From contig OZ024761.1 of the NCBI GenBank assembly GCA_964016885.1, positions 62,001 through 126,000 on the forward strand: DNA of 64,000 bases. The letters run 5' to 3'. Shown here one piece after another: positions 60,799 to 64,000 of this stretch. Origin of the DNA: Eledone cirrhosa (lineage: Eukaryota). The position numbers and the translations under genes are program-made. The notes under the pieces are model-generated. The model was not told the DNA's origin, did not search any database, and saw only the letters and a list, made by a program, of their open reading frames with translations. The first letter of the stretch is position 1. Each line of letters opens with the position of its first letter.

Positions 60799-60868
60799 GT
60801 GTGTGTGTAGATGAATTGATCTCTGGTGTGTATATTTTATTCTCAATTTATTTATATGTATATGTATA

Positions 60869-60976
<108 letters not shown>

Positions 60977-61252
60977 CATATGAATGTATATATAGTTGTG
61001 TATATGTATGTATATATATGTATATATATGTATATATATATGTAATGTTTATATATATATACAGTATATATATATGATGTTTATATAAATATATATGTAT
61101 ATATATATATATATATACTTATATAATATATATATAATGTTTGTGTATATATATATATATATATTTATATAATATATATGTAATGTTTATGTGTGTATTG
61201 TAAAGTTGAAAAGCACAAATCTGTGATCAATATATGTATGTATGTGTTTGTA

Positions 61253-61361
<109 letters not shown>

Positions 61362-61474
61362 CAATTCAATGTTGGCGTTTGTAGTAAAGTGAATCTTATG
61401 TTGGCCTTTGGAAAATGTGGAGTGAAGGAAGCTTGAATCGTTGTGAGTCGCTGTTTCTACATTAACTGACAGAC

Positions 61475-62708
61475 AGAGAGACTGAGAATGGTGGAGAGAG
61501 AGGACGAGAGAGACTGAGAATGGTAGAGAGAGAGAGGACGAGAGAGACTGAGAATGGTGGAGAGAGAGAGGACGAGAGAGACTGAGAATAGTGGAGAGAG
61601 AGAGAGGACGAGAGAGACTGAGAATGGTGGAGAGAGAGGACGAGAGAGACTGAGAATGGTGGAGAGAGAGGACGAGAGAGACTGAGAATGGTGGAGAGAG
61701 AGGACGAGAGAGACTGAGAATGGTGGAGAGAGAGGACGAGAGAGACTGAGAATGGTGGAGAGAGAGGACGAGAGAGACTGAGAATGGTAGAGAGAGAGAG
61801 GACGAGAGAGACTGAGAATGGTGGAGAGAGAGGACGAGAGAGACTGAGAATGGTAGAGAGAGAGAGGACAAGAGAGACTGAGAATGGTGGAGAGAGAGGA
61901 TGAGAGAGACTGAGAATGGTGGAGAGAGAGGACGAGAGAGACTGAGAATGGTGGAGAGAGAGAGGACGAGAGAGACTGAGAATAGTGGAGAGAGAGAGAG
62001 GACGAGAGAGACTGAGAATGGTGGAGAGAGAGGACGAGAGAGACTGAGAATGGTGGAGAGAGAGGACGAGAGAGACTGAGAATGGTGGAGAGAGAGGATG
62101 AGAGAGACTGAGAATGGTGGAGAGAGAGGACGAGAGAGACTGAGAATGGTGGAGAGAGAGGACGAGAGTGACTGAGAATGGTAGAGAGAGAGGACGAGAG
62201 AGACTGAGAATGGTGGAGAGAGAGGACGAGAGAGACTGAGAATGGTGGAGAGAGAGAGGACGAGAGAGACTGAGAATGGTGGAGAGAGAGGACGAGAGAG
62301 ACTGAGAATGGTGGAGAGAGAGGACGAGAGAGACTGAGAATGGTGGAGAGAGAGGACGAGAGAGACTGAGAATGGTAGAGAGAGAGAGGACGAGAGAGAC
62401 TGAGAATGGTGGAGAGAGAGGACGAGAGAGACTGAGAATAGTGGAGAGAGAGAGAGGACGAGAGAGACTGAGAATGGTGGAGAGAGAGGACGAGAGAGAC
62501 TGAGAATGGTAGAGAGAGAGGACGAGAGAGACTTAGAATGGTAGAGAGAGGACGAGAGAGACTGAGAATGGTAGAGAGAGAGGACGAGAGAGACTGAGAA
62601 TGGTGGAGAGAGAGGACGAGAGAGACTGAGAATGGTAGAGAGAGAGGATGAGAGAGACTGAGAATGGTGGAGAGAGAGAGAGAGAGAGGGGCGATGATGA
62701 AGAGAGTG

Positions 62709-62739
<31 letters not shown>

Positions 62740-63007
62740 GATGATGAAGAGAGTGGAGAGAGAGAGAGAGATAGAGAGAGATAGGTAGAGAGAAAGGAGT
62801 GATGATGAAGAGAGTGGAGAGAGAGAGAGGGGCGATGATGAAGAGAGTGGAGAGAGAGAGAGAGATAGAGAGAGATAGGTAGAGAGAAAGGGGTGATGAT
62901 GAAGAGAGTGGAGAGAGAGAGAGAGGGGGCGATGATGAAGAGAGTGGAGAGAAAGAGATAGATAGAGAGAGATAGAGAGAGAGAAAGGGTGATGATGAAG
63001 AGAGTGG

Positions 63008-63060
<53 letters not shown>

Positions 63061-63270
63061 CGATGATGAAGAGAGTGGAGAGAGAGAGAGAGAGAGGGGG
63101 CGATGATGAAGAGAGTGGAGAGAAAGAGATAGATAGAGAGAGATAGGTAGAGAGAAAGGGGTGATGATGAAGAGAGTGGAGAGAGAGAGAGAGAGGGGCG
63201 ATGATGAAGAGAGTGGAGATAGAGAGATAGATAGAGAGAGAGAGGGGGGGGTGATGATGAAGAGAGAGAG
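61475..63270. repeat. Two GA-rich minisatellites (GAGACTGAGAATGGTGGAGAGAGAGGACGA and GATGATGAAGAGAGTGGAGA..)
   Basis: Direct inspection; accounts for the 730-aa minus-strand ORF. Confidence 0.95.
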
Positions 63271-63452
63271 AGTGAGAGAGAGAGATGGAGAGGTGGAGCG
63301 AGAGAGTGAAAGAGAAAATCAGAAACGATAGTGAGTGATGAGGAAATTGAAAGTAGAAATAGAGAATGTGGGAGGGAGAGAGAGATAGTCAGAGAGACAG
63401 ATAGAAAGAGAAAAATCAAAGAATGAGTGAGAGAGATAGTGTAAGGAGTAGT

Positions 63453-63494
<42 letters not shown>

Positions 63495-64000
63495 AAAAAT
63501 AAAGAGAGAAAGAAAGAAAAATAAAGAGACGATAGAATGAGAAGTGTATTAAAAGTGAAAGTAGAAATAGAAAATACGAGAGAGAGAGAGAAAGATAGGA
63601 TAGCAAGAGGGGTGTATTGAAATAGACAGTATGAAAGAGGGGGGGGGGAAAGAGAGAGGGGGGGGAATGAGCGATAGAAAGATTGTGTATGAGATATAGG
63701 TAAAGAGGGGAAGGTGGGTAAGTTAAGTGATAGAGATAGATAGATAAATAGATAGATAGATAGATCGATAGATAGATAGATCGATAGATAGATAGATAGA
63801 TAGACAAGGGAAGAGAGACAATTCAATAGATAGTCAGAGAGAGAGAGAGAGAGGTTCTTATAAAGATAGATAGATAGATACATAGATACATGCATAGACA
63901 AGACATGGATAGATAGATAGATCGATAGATAGATAGATAGATCGATAGATAGATAGATAGATCGATAGATAGATCGATAGATAGATAGATAAATAGACAA

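Overview
Eukaryotic, very AT-rich, microsatellite-saturated intergenic or intronic DNA. The SINE families, (TA)n/(CA)n/(GA)n density and LINE types suggest a coleoid cephalopod, probably Octopus (inference, not proven). No intact host protein-coding gene is recognisable, and almost all ORFs in the track are translations of simple repeats. The real coding remnants all come from retroelements: a Penelope-like (PLE, Neptune-type) reverse transcriptase fragment, a PLE GIY-YIG endonuclease C-terminus, two RTE LINE C-termini and one L1/Tx1 C-terminus. The dominant hidden structure is a set of about 10 unrelated families of short elements inserted into (TA)n tracts. Most carry a type-I hammerhead ribozyme (HHR) motif (about 18 intact or near-intact motifs found by eye) and/or a fold-back inverted duplication, so they look like PLE pseudo-LTR derivatives. 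Three highlights: (i) a ~200-nt hairpin-ended family whose two arms co-vary within each copy; (ii) two unrelated HHR families with the compensatory U3-A8 core (UUGAAAA); (iii) a 2.8-kb array of a constant 50-mer alternating with variable-length (TA)n. All structures were read by eye and coordinates may be off by a few bases.
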